Shown here piece by piece: positions 17,815 through 26,862 of a DNA stretch of 64,000 nt. The stretch's first letter is position 1, and every line of letters starts with the position of its first letter. The notes beneath the pieces are model-generated. The model saw only the letters and a list, made by a program, of their open reading frames with translations. It did not search any database and was not told where the DNA came from. The DNA lies in the NCBI GenBank assembly GCA_043799405.1, contig JAZDNT010000002.1:235320-299319 (forward strand). Reading direction: 5' to 3'. This stretch comes from Candidatus Kerfeldbacteria bacterium. GTDB lineage: Bacteria > Patescibacteriota > Patescibacteriia > SBBC01. The position numbers were made by a program, and so were the translations under genes.

Positions 17815-18603
17815 ATGGCAGCGCAGCAAGAGAGCCAGAGCGAATCGCAGTACCGGCGTTCATTACAGCGCGGGAAACGGCAGGAACAGCAACCCGATAC
17901 AGAACCTGGCACAGAAGGACTCGAAGAGATCGGAGGAGGGGCTCAACCGGGCGGCGATACAACCGGAGGCTATACGAACGTTCTCGAAGACGGGGGAGCA
18001 AGGAGAAGATCGCCTCAAAAGGAAACACAGCAGCAAGGCGGTATAGGCATGTCGCCTGAAACGTACAAGTCCGGCAGCGAAGAGCAGTATGAACGCGCTG
18101 CGCAGGAAGACAGTCAGAGACAGCAGCAGAAAAGTTCAGCCGATGTTGAACAAGAAAAAACAGCAGAGGAAGACCGCGAACAACAGGAGCAGATGGCGAC
18201 ACAGGACCGGCGCCGGCAGCAGCCCGGACCAGAAGAAGCAAAGCGTACCGCTGAACTCGAAAAGGCCGCAGCAGCAGGTGGCGATGTCACGAAGAAAGCG
18301 AGCCTTCGCGAGAACGTCCAGCAGTCAATGCGGAATGCGGCAGCGCAACGGCTTAAACAGGTCGCACAGCAGCGCGTACAGTCGTTCCTTAAAACCATTA
18401 TTCTCAATAATCCCTGGGTACGGGGCGCACTGCTCGTATTGGTAGGATTGGTGCTTAGTTTATTCCTTTTTTTCATGATTTCGATTGTAACAGTATCAAT
18501 AATTTGTGAATGGGGCGAAAAAATTCCCTTTTCCGGACCGGTCGTTAACGTCATTTCGCAAATGGCAACGGGCATGCAGTGTCCGAACCTCCCGACGAAG
18601 TAA
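17815..18603 (+). CDS. Tail-anchored membrane protein with a Q/E/R-rich disordered N-terminal region of about 200 aa
   Basis: Low-complexity QQ/EE/RR-rich sequence followed by the hydrophobic segment ALLVLVGLVLSLFLFFMISIVTVSIICEW near the C-terminus. Confidence 0.7.
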   Translation: MAAQQESQSESQYRRSLQRGKRQEQQPDTEPGTEGLEEIGGGAQPGGDTTGGYTNVLEDGGARRRSPQKETQQQGGIGMSPETYKSGSEEQYERAAQEDSQRQQQKSSADVEQEKTAEEDREQQEQMATQDRRRQQPGPEEAKRTAELEKAAAAGGDVTKKASLRENVQQSMRNAAAQRLKQVAQQRVQSFLKTIILNNPWVRGALLVLVGLVLSLFLFFMISIVTVSIICEWGEKIPFSGPVVNVISQMATGMQCPNLPTK

Positions 18604-18620
18604 CAGTATTTATATGTAAA

Positions 18621-20033
18621 ATGAAAATAATTCACCGTATTGCAATCATCAGCGTCGCTGCAGTATGCATATTTATTGTGTCGTTCAGGACCGTTAACGC
18701 ACAGAAAACGGAAGAAGCGACGTGCGATCCGGCGAAATCGCTCTGCTTTACCCCGAACGTCGAAATTCCAGGACTCTTTACGGGGACGAAGACCGTCGAT
18801 GAAACGCTCTTCGGTACGTACGTGAGCAGCTTCTACATTTTCTTCGCGGGAGTCGCCGGCATCCTTGCGGTCGTCATGATCATGTGGGGCGGGTTCCACT
18901 ACATCACCTCGCTTGGAAACCCGCAGCGCATGAAGGAAGGGAAGGACATCATCAACAACGCGATCATCGGCCTCATCCTCGTTCTCACATCGTACCTACT
19001 GCTACGTACGATCAATCCGCGCCTCACGACGCTCATAATCCCGCCGGTCGGCTACTACAGCCCGATATACCAGACCGACATCTACTGCAATGCACAGGAT
19101 AAGGTAAACGGAAATACCCTTGCAACGGATGCGGCGAGGAAAGCAGGAAAATTCTGTACGAGCGACGGGCAGACGAAAGAGCAGCTGACCGTCGAGTATA
19201 CAAATGAGAAAGGCGGTAAACAGACCTGCGTTTCGCTCGAGATCACCGAAAAAGTACTAAACGAACAGAAGGTGTTGACTCAGATAGAAAACGGATGGCA
19301 AGAGCAGCTTGTGTGCTTCCCTAAACAGGAAACAGTACAGGATCCAAAGACAAATACAGTATCGAGCAAGTATCTGTATAAACTACGCGATGTGGCAGGT
19401 ACGAGCGGAGTGTGTGAAGATAATACAATGACGCCGGATGCGCAGTGCGCCGTTACGCAGAAAATGCTGTCCCTGGCTGGCGGGAAGTACCTGATTGGTG
19501 CATGCAAGAACTCGAACGTCGCAGCTGCATTTTGGTTTGTTGGGTGGACGGGGAAAGACGTATGCCACTACTATCAGTTTCTGAATTGTCCGACAGCGAC
19601 CACAGAGGCGGTTTCCTGTAGTGCTGCTGGCGCAGGCGTCAATTCAGCATGCTGGGACGAAAAGGGACCGAGGTACGTTGCCGATATCGGAGGCGGCAGC
19701 CTCCAGTCATACTGCGTTGAGCCGAATATTAGTCCTGTTATTGAACATGTTGATGCGCGCTGTTGTTCAAAAACCATTAAGGAAGAAATTGTCTGTTCGC
19801 CGTTGTCTGTCCTGACGGACATGGGTTACTATAATGTACAATGCGGTAGCTTCGAAGAGCTCGACGGTTTCTTTGCCTCAATAAACGAGGAAACGATTCA
19901 GGATGAAATAGGAATGTCGAAAGAGCATATTTTTGTAACTAAGGGTGGCACTGGAAAGAAGGACTGTCCGTCAAAAAAATGTTGGACGACCATATGGCTC
20001 ATCAATATGAACAAAAAGCTACCATGGGAATAA
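18621..20033 (+). CDS. Secreted protein with a VirB2/TrbC-like two-helix pilin core and a Cys-rich C-terminal domain of about 330 aa
   Basis: I prefer the ATG at 18621 (MKIIHRIAIISVAAVCIFIVSFRTVNA signal) over the track start at 18579, which overlaps the upstream gene. The core is FYIFFAGVAGILAVVMIMWGGFHYITSLGNPQRMKEGKDIINNAIIGLILVLTSYLLLRTINP. It is a paralog of the core in the 21300 gene. Confidence 0.75.
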   Translation: MKIIHRIAIISVAAVCIFIVSFRTVNAQKTEEATCDPAKSLCFTPNVEIPGLFTGTKTVDETLFGTYVSSFYIFFAGVAGILAVVMIMWGGFHYITSLGNPQRMKEGKDIINNAIIGLILVLTSYLLLRTINPRLTTLIIPPVGYYSPIYQTDIYCNAQDKVNGNTLATDAARKAGKFCTSDGQTKEQLTVEYTNEKGGKQTCVSLEITEKVLNEQKVLTQIENGWQEQLVCFPKQETVQDPKTNTVSSKYLYKLRDVAGTSGVCEDNTMTPDAQCAVTQKMLSLAGGKYLIGACKNSNVAAAFWFVGWTGKDVCHYYQFLNCPTATTEAVSCSAAGAGVNSACWDEKGPRYVADIGGGSLQSYCVEPNISPVIEHVDARCCSKTIKEEIVCSPLSVLTDMGYYNVQCGSFEELDGFFASINEETIQDEIGMSKEHIFVTKGGTGKKDCPSKKCWTTIWLINMNKKLPWE

Positions 20034-20056
20034 CGACACAATAAATCATCAACACT

Positions 20057-21298
20057 ATGACATTCAACTGGAAACGCATCGGGCTCGTCGTCGGTTTCGT
20101 CCTCATCACCATCGGGATCGGCATTACGATATACTTCGTATTCTTCAAAGGGTTGTTCGGAGTTGGATTGAACCGCAATGAGAACATCAATGGCGCGGAA
20201 TTCCCGAACATCAACGCGAACAGGAACGTGAACGCTCCGCTGATCAACGTTAACGTTCAAGTCCCGAACATCAACGTTTCCCTTGAACCGGGCCCTATCG
20301 CGAAGGGCGGAAAGACGACCGTGAGCCCGGTCGCACCGACGATACCGGGCGGCGCGACGCTCGCGCCGAACGGAAAAGACCTCATCTACTACGATCCGGT
20401 AACAGGAAAGTTCTACCAGATCTCGCCGGACGGAAGGACAAAGACGCTCCTCTCGCCCGATACGTACCCAGCCGCGGACAAGATCACCTGGTCGCCGCTT
20501 AAAGACAAGGTGATCCTCGAGTTCCCCGATGGGAGCAAGATCATCTACGATATCCGGCAGAAACGTCAGTACACGCTCGCGCCGGAAATGGAGGACATCG
20601 GATTCTCCCCGACGGGGGACAAGATCACGTTCAAGTTCATCGGGAGCGACGAATCGGATCAGCTCCTCGTCATGTCGAACTTCGACGGTTCGGGCGCTGA
20701 AACGCTCGAGCCGCTCGCCGACAAAGCGAATCAGTTCGATGTCAACTGGTCCCCGTCGGGCAACATCGTCGCGCTGTTCCAGGAATCGATCAATGCGACC
20801 CAGCAGCGCGTCATCCCGATCGGCACGAAGAACGAGAACTTCAAATCGTTCGATGTCCCGGGGCGGGGGTTCGAGAGCACCTGGTCACCTGACGGACAGC
20901 AGATCCTTTTCAGCGTATTCCGCAAGGATACAGGGTATAACCCCGAGCTGTACATTGCGGACGGTACGTCCGATTCGATGGGGAATAACACGACAGACCT
21001 CGGTCTTGCGACGTGGCCTGATAAGTGCGTGTTCGGCGCTGGCTCAACGCTCTACTGCGCTGTCCCGCAGTACCTTGACCAGGGTTCCGGCCTCTACACT
21101 GACCTCGCAAAGGACGTTCCAGACGATTTCTACCGCATCGATCTCTCAACCGGGCAGAAGCAGCTGATCGCGCGACCGGTCGATAGCGAGGGAACGTCTG
21201 ACTACAACGCGGTGCAGCTGCGGCTCGCGAACGACGGATCAGCGCTCTACTTCTATGATCAGCGGTCGAGAACGTATCAGAAGATTCTTTTGAGGTAA
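20057..21298 (+). CDS. Membrane-anchored TolB-like beta-propeller protein (413 aa)
   Basis: N-terminal TM helix, an Asn-rich linker (NINANRNVNAPLINVNVQVPNINV), then repeated WSP-type blades (ITWSPLKDK, IGFSPTGDK, VNWSPSGN, STWSPDGQQ). Confidence 0.8.
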   Translation: MTFNWKRIGLVVGFVLITIGIGITIYFVFFKGLFGVGLNRNENINGAEFPNINANRNVNAPLINVNVQVPNINVSLEPGPIAKGGKTTVSPVAPTIPGGATLAPNGKDLIYYDPVTGKFYQISPDGRTKTLLSPDTYPAADKITWSPLKDKVILEFPDGSKIIYDIRQKRQYTLAPEMEDIGFSPTGDKITFKFIGSDESDQLLVMSNFDGSGAETLEPLADKANQFDVNWSPSGNIVALFQESINATQQRVIPIGTKNENFKSFDVPGRGFESTWSPDGQQILFSVFRKDTGYNPELYIADGTSDSMGNNTTDLGLATWPDKCVFGAGSTLYCAVPQYLDQGSGLYTDLAKDVPDDFYRIDLSTGQKQLIARPVDSEGTSDYNAVQLRLANDGSALYFYDQRSRTYQKILLR

Positions 21299-21299
21299 T

Positions 21300-22610
21300 A
21301 TGCGGAGAGCGTTTGCTATCGTTCTGCTCATCATACTCGGATCGCTCTGTATCGAGAGCGGAGCTGTTCGTGCGGATACGCCAAGCAAGGAGTTGGAAGC
21401 TGAGCTAAAGATGAGAACGTGTAAAGCGAACGGATACAAGGATGGCGCGTTCGTATATGACGGAAAAAGTGGATGTGCCGTTGATATGAAGGGCGAGGGC
21501 GGTATTCTCGAGGACTGTAATAGCTCCGTGGCGATCTGCTGCTATGACGATAAGAAAAGCCCGCCAGTGCCTGTATGCCACTACTTATCAGGCGCGAATG
21601 TATCTTCGCCGTTAACGGACGTTTCGACGACGGACGATGGTACGACGAAAACCAAACCGCCGATAACGTTCTCCCCGAACGTTCCTATCCCGGGTTACTT
21701 TGAAGAAACGGGTTATAAAACTGACGATTCGCTGTTGGTAAGGTATTTAAGCGCGTTCTATATATACTTCATCGGCGTTATCGGCATCCTCGCGGTCGTC
21801 ATGATCATGTACGGCGGGTACCACTATATTACTGCGCTCGGGAACCCGCAGCGCATGAACAAGGGTAAGGAGATCATCTCGAGCGCTATCATCGGCCTCA
21901 TTCTTGCACTCACCTCGTTCCTGCTGCTACGGACGATCAACCCCGCGCTCGTGAATTTCTACGGCGTTGTTCCGACGTACATCGCCCGGATCCTCCAGGA
22001 AACTGAAAAGCTCGCAAAACCGGAAAGACACGCTAACCTCAGTATCGATGTATCAAAGACAGGAATGGCAGAGATGCTGCAGCGTGCGAAGACCGCAGGG
22101 TATGACGCGACGATCCTACAGAAAGCCGGAGGGGACAAAGAGCTTGCCTACCATGCCCTTGCGACGATGTTCATTGAATCGAGCGTGAATCCTAATGCGA
22201 TCTCGTCCGCAAACGCGTACGGACTTATGCAGGTATTGCCGTCAACTGCGCAGAGATACGGCGTTGTATTGTCTTCGAGCCTTTTGGACCCGAACATGAA
22301 CATTCACGCCGGCGTCTCGTACCTCTATGACCTCAAAAAGGGCGCGGCGTGCCCGCCGTACAACAGGAGCACGACCGCGCGGAAGATATTCTGCCAGAAA
22401 CCCGACCCGTGTACGGTTACTCAATGGCAGTACGTCCACGCTGCCTACAACGGCGGTCCAGGGGCTAATTATTGCAGCAAGGAAAAATCCTGTCTCGGAT
22501 ATACATGGTGGCAGTGTTCGGTGAATAAAGGATATGCCGAAACGCGTCAGTACGTTTATCGCGCAAAAGCGGTTTACGAATGGCTTGTTGAGCAAAACGT
22601 CTACCCGTAA
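21300..22610 (+). CDS. Fusion protein: signal peptide, Cys-rich segment, VirB2-like hairpin core, then a C-terminal SLT lytic transglycosylase (VirB1-like)
   Basis: Core: FYIYFIGVIGILAVVMIMYGGYHYITALGNPQRMNKGKEIISSAIIGLILALTSFLLLRTINP. SLT motifs: MFIESSVNPNAIS, AYGLMQVLPSTA, AAYNGGPGA (about 22110-22470). Confidence 0.85.
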   Translation: MRRAFAIVLLIILGSLCIESGAVRADTPSKELEAELKMRTCKANGYKDGAFVYDGKSGCAVDMKGEGGILEDCNSSVAICCYDDKKSPPVPVCHYLSGANVSSPLTDVSTTDDGTTKTKPPITFSPNVPIPGYFEETGYKTDDSLLVRYLSAFYIYFIGVIGILAVVMIMYGGYHYITALGNPQRMNKGKEIISSAIIGLILALTSFLLLRTINPALVNFYGVVPTYIARILQETEKLAKPERHANLSIDVSKTGMAEMLQRAKTAGYDATILQKAGGDKELAYHALATMFIESSVNPNAISSANAYGLMQVLPSTAQRYGVVLSSSLLDPNMNIHAGVSYLYDLKKGAACPPYNRSTTARKIFCQKPDPCTVTQWQYVHAAYNGGPGANYCSKEKSCLGYTWWQCSVNKGYAETRQYVYRAKAVYEWLVEQNVYP

Positions 22611-22616
22611 GCGTGT

Positions 22617-23969
22617 ATGACGAAGAAACCTATCTACGTCTGCAATAGCTGCGACGCGCAGTTCTCGAAGTGGCAGGGTCGGTGTTCCGAGTGCGGGAAG
22701 TGGGGTACGGTCGCAGAGACCGCGCCGCCTTCTGATGATCGCAGGGCGGTTACTGGTACGCCCGGAAAGGCGATCGCGTTCTCGGAGGTCTCTGAGGTCG
22801 CGGTACAGCGCATCCCGACCGGTATGGCCGAGCTCGACCGAGTCCTCGGTGACGGGATCGTTCCCGGTTCGCTCGTGCTTATCGGAGGCGATCCGGGTAT
22901 CGGAAAATCGACGCTCGTTCTGCAGCTTGCCATTGCCGTTGCGTCGCACGGTGACGTACTGTACGTTTCGGGAGAAGAATCAGCAGAGCAGATAAAGATG
23001 CGACTGTCGCGGCTGAGCCCGCACGGCGGAACGATACGTTTCTTAGGAGAGACCAACATCGAGACCATTGTCGCGACGATCGATCATGAGAAGCCGACGC
23101 TCGCCGTCATCGATTCGATCCAGACGATGTACTGGCCGCAGATCCCGAGCGAATCGGGGAGCGTCGCTCAGGTCAGAGCTTCGACCGTAAAGCTCCTCGA
23201 GGTCGCGAAGCGCGCACGCGTTGCCGTCATCATCATTGGACACGTGACAAAGGAGGGAATGGTCGCCGGGCCGAAGGCCCTCGAGCACCTCGTCGATACC
23301 GTGCTCTACCTCGAAGGCGACCAGTACCACGCCTACCGGATCCTCCGGAGCGTAAAGAACCGGTTCGGTTCGACGAACGAGGTCGGCGTGTTCGATATGC
23401 GCGACAAGGGTCTCGTCGAAGTGACGAACCCTTCCGAGGTGTTCCTCTCGGAGCGACAGGGCGGTACAGCCGGATCCTGCGTTACCGCCATCATGGAAGG
23501 TTCTCGTCCCTTCCTCGTCGAGGTACAGGCGCTCGTGAACCCTACCGTGTTCGGGATGCCGCGTCGTACGGCTTCTGGTATTGAGTTTAATCGTCTTCAA
23601 CTGCTGCTCGCGGTATTGAGTAAACGGGTCGGTCTGAAACTTGCTTTGCTGGACGTGTTCGTGAACATCGTTGGCGGCGTTCGGGTAAACGAACCGGCCG
23701 CAGACCTCGCGGTTTGCCTTGCGATCGCGTCAGCGGTCCTGAACAAAACGATTGACGCAAGAACGATCGCGATCGGCGAGGTGGGCTTGGGCGGAGAGAT
23801 ACGCGCCGTATCGCAGCTCGATCACCGGCTCGTAGAAGCGAAGAAGCTCGGATTTTCGAGTGCGGTCATTGGCAGCCGTGCAAAGGTAATTAAAAAAACG
23901 ACCGTCAATCTCATTACGGTCAAAACCCTCAGCGAGGCAGTGAGGGACGTTATACGATCGGTTTCATAA
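22617..23969 (+). CDS. radA: DNA repair protein RadA/Sms
   Basis: N-terminal zinc finger CNSCDAQFSKWQGRCSECGKWGT. Walker A GGDPGIGKSTL. KNRFG motif. Lon-like C-terminal domain. Confidence 0.95.
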   Translation: MTKKPIYVCNSCDAQFSKWQGRCSECGKWGTVAETAPPSDDRRAVTGTPGKAIAFSEVSEVAVQRIPTGMAELDRVLGDGIVPGSLVLIGGDPGIGKSTLVLQLAIAVASHGDVLYVSGEESAEQIKMRLSRLSPHGGTIRFLGETNIETIVATIDHEKPTLAVIDSIQTMYWPQIPSESGSVAQVRASTVKLLEVAKRARVAVIIIGHVTKEGMVAGPKALEHLVDTVLYLEGDQYHAYRILRSVKNRFGSTNEVGVFDMRDKGLVEVTNPSEVFLSERQGGTAGSCVTAIMEGSRPFLVEVQALVNPTVFGMPRRTASGIEFNRLQLLLAVLSKRVGLKLALLDVFVNIVGGVRVNEPAADLAVCLAIASAVLNKTIDARTIAIGEVGLGGEIRAVSQLDHRLVEAKKLGFSSAVIGSRAKVIKKTTVNLITVKTLSEAVRDVIRSVS

Positions 23970-23979
23970 GGGAGTTGAG

Positions 23980-24029
23980 GAGCGCCGACGGTGGTCAGGG
24001 CGTATGTAGCCATGGCCGTCAGCGCTCCC
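23980..24029. terminator. 13-bp-stem hairpin between convergent genes (possible bidirectional terminator)
   Basis: ggagcgccgacgg (23980-23992) pairs with ccgtcagcgctcc (24017-24029), 12 of 13 positions complementary. There is no clear U-tract. Confidence 0.35.
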
Positions 24030-24044
24030 CGTTCGTCTCCCCCG

Positions 24045-24497
24045 CTAGTAAGCCGGTTGCAGTTCTGCTCGCGGCAGGCGCCTTCGCGTTGAGCGCGCCT
24101 CTGTCCCGTCACTGGGACCTCTCGGGATGAGCCCGAAGCGCTTGGCGCGCAACTCGAGAATCCTCAATCGGTCCTGGTTGACCTGATCGAAGCGCCCTTG
24201 GCACCTGATGCAGGTCCTTGCATACTTCACTGCCGCGATTCGGGCGGCAGGTATGACCTTGCGGCAGCAGACACAGAGCGGTCTGCCGATGCTGTCGACG
24301 ACCTTCGGAAGAGTCCAAAGCGCATCGAGCCCTCTGTCGAGAACGATGCCGTCGAGACAGTATGGGCACTTGCCCGGTCTTCTGCTGCTACAGGTACAAC
24401 TTTCGGCGGACGTGCAATTCATACCCAAGTTCCTTCTTGGATGAAGGGGGTATCGGCGGACATCATTTCTGAACATTTGAAGCAGTCGGTACGTCAA
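24045..24497 (-). CDS. Possible TraR/DksA-type C4 zinc-finger protein; start uncertain
   Basis: CVCCRKVIPAARIAAVKYARTCIRC fits CxxC-x17-CxxC. An alternative start is M26 (about 24422). It overlaps a + strand ORF that looks less protein-like. Confidence 0.4.
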   Translation of the reverse strand: MTYRLLQMFRNDVRRYPLHPRRNLGMNCTSAESCTCSSRRPGKCPYCLDGIVLDRGLDALWTLPKVVDSIGRPLCVCCRKVIPAARIAAVKYARTCIRCQGRFDQVNQDRLRILELRAKRFGLIPRGPSDGTEARSTRRRLPRAELQPAY

Positions 24498-24738
24498 TTC
24501 GGTCGTCCGTTCGATAGGTACTCCTTTCGTGAGGGAAGCGGCCTTGTGGGGGTTGACGAAAAGTCAAAGAGCAAAAGGGGGCAGCGGAGTAAGAAACCTC
24601 TCATAGGCAGACCTGCCGGTCCGCCGAGCGGCAGCGCCAACACTGCCCCCCGAAACTGAGTGTCAAGTTTGATTGGAACAGTCGCTGACGGTCACGTTAC
24701 GATACAACATCTAATGGTCCTGTCAAGTTCAAGGGGTT

Positions 24739-26802
24739 TTACTCACCATGGATCGTGTTGACGATCGCTTCGACTTTCTTCATTAGTAAGGGTGAACGTT
24801 CTAGGGCTGGATCGCTTTCAAGTATTAACTCGGCAACACTACGAACGCGTTTCATGAGCTCAATGTCGGAGAGCGAGGCCATCATGAACTGCGGCAAGCC
24901 AGACTGTCGTAGTCCTAGGAGGTCCCCCGGTCCGCGGCGCCGGAGGTCCTCTTCCGCGAGCGCAAATCCGTCGTTTGATTTTTCGAGCAGCAGCAGCCTT
25001 TCCTGGACGTCGGCGCTGTCGCTCTCGGTCATAAGGAAGCAGTGCGACGGTTTCGCGCTGCGACCGACGCGGCCGCGGAGCTGGTGCAGCTGCGCTAACC
25101 CGAAACGCTCGGCCCCTTCGATGACCATGACGGTCGCGTTCGGAACGTCGACGCCGACCTCGATGATCGGCGTCGTCACGAGCACGTCGCACGATCTATT
25201 ACGGAAGGCCGCGAGGACGCGCTGTTTCTCTTTAGAAGTGAGATCGCCATGGAGCAGCTCGAGTCGCAGCGAAGAGAGCGGACCGCTCTTAAGACGCTCG
25301 AACTCCGTCGTTGCCGCAGCAGTTCCGAATTCGTCCGATTCTTCGATCAATGGACAGACGATATAGGACTGTTCGTCATTTGCGGCGCGTTCATGGATGT
25401 GGCGGAAGATTGTTTTTTCATCTGAGGGAAAAACAACGCGTGTCGAAATCGGGACCCTTCCCGGCGGAAGCGACTTAAGGAACGACTGCTTGAGGTTGCC
25501 GTACAGCGTAAGAGCGAGCGTACGGGGGATCGGGGTTGCAGTCATCGAGAGAAGGTGTGGAATTACGCCTTCTCCCTTCTGTCGGAGCAAACGGCGTTGT
25601 TCGACACCGAACCGGTGCTGTTCGTCGATCACAACCATGCCTAGGTTCGGTATCTCCACTTTCGGCGAAAGGAGCGAGTGTGTACCGACAACAAGTGTAA
25701 TTTCGCGCTTCTTTAGTAAGGATAGGATTTTAATCTTTGTAGCCCTTTCTTTCATTGTCCATTCGCTCTGTGTTCTCGTGAGTAAAGCGAGCGGCATACG
25801 ACTGCCAATGGTGCGTTTCAACGTGACGTAGTGCTGCCGAGCGAGTATATCCGTCGGCGCGAGCAGAGCGCCCTGAAGGTTGTTAAGACCGACGTTAAGA
25901 AGCGCGATAGCGGCGACGATCGTTTTCCCGGATCCGACGTCGCCTTCGAGCAACCTGTACATGGGGTGTGATTCAGATAGGTCCTTCAGGATCTCCCAAG
26001 CGGCGCGACGTTGGTCGTTCGTAAGCGTGAATGGAAGCGATGTGACGAACGTCTTTATCTCTTCGGTTTGTAGTGAGACGATAGGTGCTCGCTCATCGTA
26101 CCGGCGACGGTCGTCGATGACCGATGAAAGGATGAACGGCAGGAGTTCGCCGAACTTCAGGCGCCCTCGCGCTTGCGATACTTTTATAAGCGATGTCGGG
26201 AAATGGATCTCCCTGATCGCGGCTGGGAGCGACATCAGGCGTTCCCGTTTGCGTATCTCAGGTGGCATCCAGTCGGTGACCTTCTCCGCGAGCGGAAGAA
26301 CGGATCGGATGAGCGTGCGGATCTGACGTTGAGAAAGTCCAGCAGTTGCCCGATAGACTGGTACGATTCTTCCAGCGAGGATCCGCTCATCGCTCACCCT
26401 TTCAATGAGCGGTGACTGCATCTGCTGGCCGTACGCCCCTGCCGTAATCTTGCCGACGAGGAATACCTTATCGCCGGCTTTATATTGTTTTGCAAGGTAC
26501 GGCTGGTTGAACCAGACGATGCGTATAGTCCCGGTTCCGTCCGCGAACAATCCCTCCGTGATGCTCATGCGCCTCCGACGGAATCCGCGACGGGAAGTAA
26601 TGAGCTGGAGCCTTCCACGCAGAACGGACGTTTCGTTCGAATGGAGCTTTACGACCGACGTCACGTGGCGAAGGTCGTCGTGGCGGATGGGGAAGTACGA
26701 GAGTAAATTTATTACCGCATGCACGCCGAGGCGCGAAAGCTTCCGGAGCGTTGAAGGGCCGACGCCGGAAATGTCGCTTACTGGGCTGCGGAGCGTATAC
26801 AT
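24739..26802 (-). CDS. recG: ATP-dependent DNA helicase RecG
   Basis: Wedge/OB N-terminal domain. Helicase motifs GDVGSGKT, DEQHRFG and TATPIPRT. The C-terminus is typical of RecG. Confidence 0.95.
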   Translation of the reverse strand: MYTLRSPVSDISGVGPSTLRKLSRLGVHAVINLLSYFPIRHDDLRHVTSVVKLHSNETSVLRGRLQLITSRRGFRRRRMSITEGLFADGTGTIRIVWFNQPYLAKQYKAGDKVFLVGKITAGAYGQQMQSPLIERVSDERILAGRIVPVYRATAGLSQRQIRTLIRSVLPLAEKVTDWMPPEIRKRERLMSLPAAIREIHFPTSLIKVSQARGRLKFGELLPFILSSVIDDRRRYDERAPIVSLQTEEIKTFVTSLPFTLTNDQRRAAWEILKDLSESHPMYRLLEGDVGSGKTIVAAIALLNVGLNNLQGALLAPTDILARQHYVTLKRTIGSRMPLALLTRTQSEWTMKERATKIKILSLLKKREITLVVGTHSLLSPKVEIPNLGMVVIDEQHRFGVEQRRLLRQKGEGVIPHLLSMTATPIPRTLALTLYGNLKQSFLKSLPPGRVPISTRVVFPSDEKTIFRHIHERAANDEQSYIVCPLIEESDEFGTAAATTEFERLKSGPLSSLRLELLHGDLTSKEKQRVLAAFRNRSCDVLVTTPIIEVGVDVPNATVMVIEGAERFGLAQLHQLRGRVGRSAKPSHCFLMTESDSADVQERLLLLEKSNDGFALAEEDLRRRGPGDLLGLRQSGLPQFMMASLSDIELMKRVRSVAELILESDPALERSPLLMKKVEAIVNTIHGE

Positions 26803-26862
26803 ACGTGTATTGTATCAAAAAAACGGTACTACGTACCTATGCAAACAATGAAAAAAACGTGG

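Noticed and set aside
18579-18620. The upstream start (18579) given in the ORF track for the pilin-like gene
   Set aside because: It would overlap the preceding gene by 25 nt and add 14 residues before an otherwise canonical signal peptide. The ATG at 18621 gives MKIIHRIAIISVAAV..., a standard signal sequence.
648-22610. Reading the T4SS-like block as an integrated conjugative element or plasmid remnant
   Set aside because: No integrase, relaxase, coupling protein, replication or partition genes, or flanking att-like repeats are seen. Composition and gene packing match the rest of the window. The upstream boundary is outside the window, so this remains open.
24198-24659. 153-aa + strand ORF in the radA-recG gap
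   Set aside because: Its composition is Gly/Ala/Arg/Ser-rich and poorly protein-like, and it has no motifs. It overlaps both the minus-strand ORF that has a clean CxxC-x17-CxxC zinc-finger pattern and the GC-rich hairpin element.
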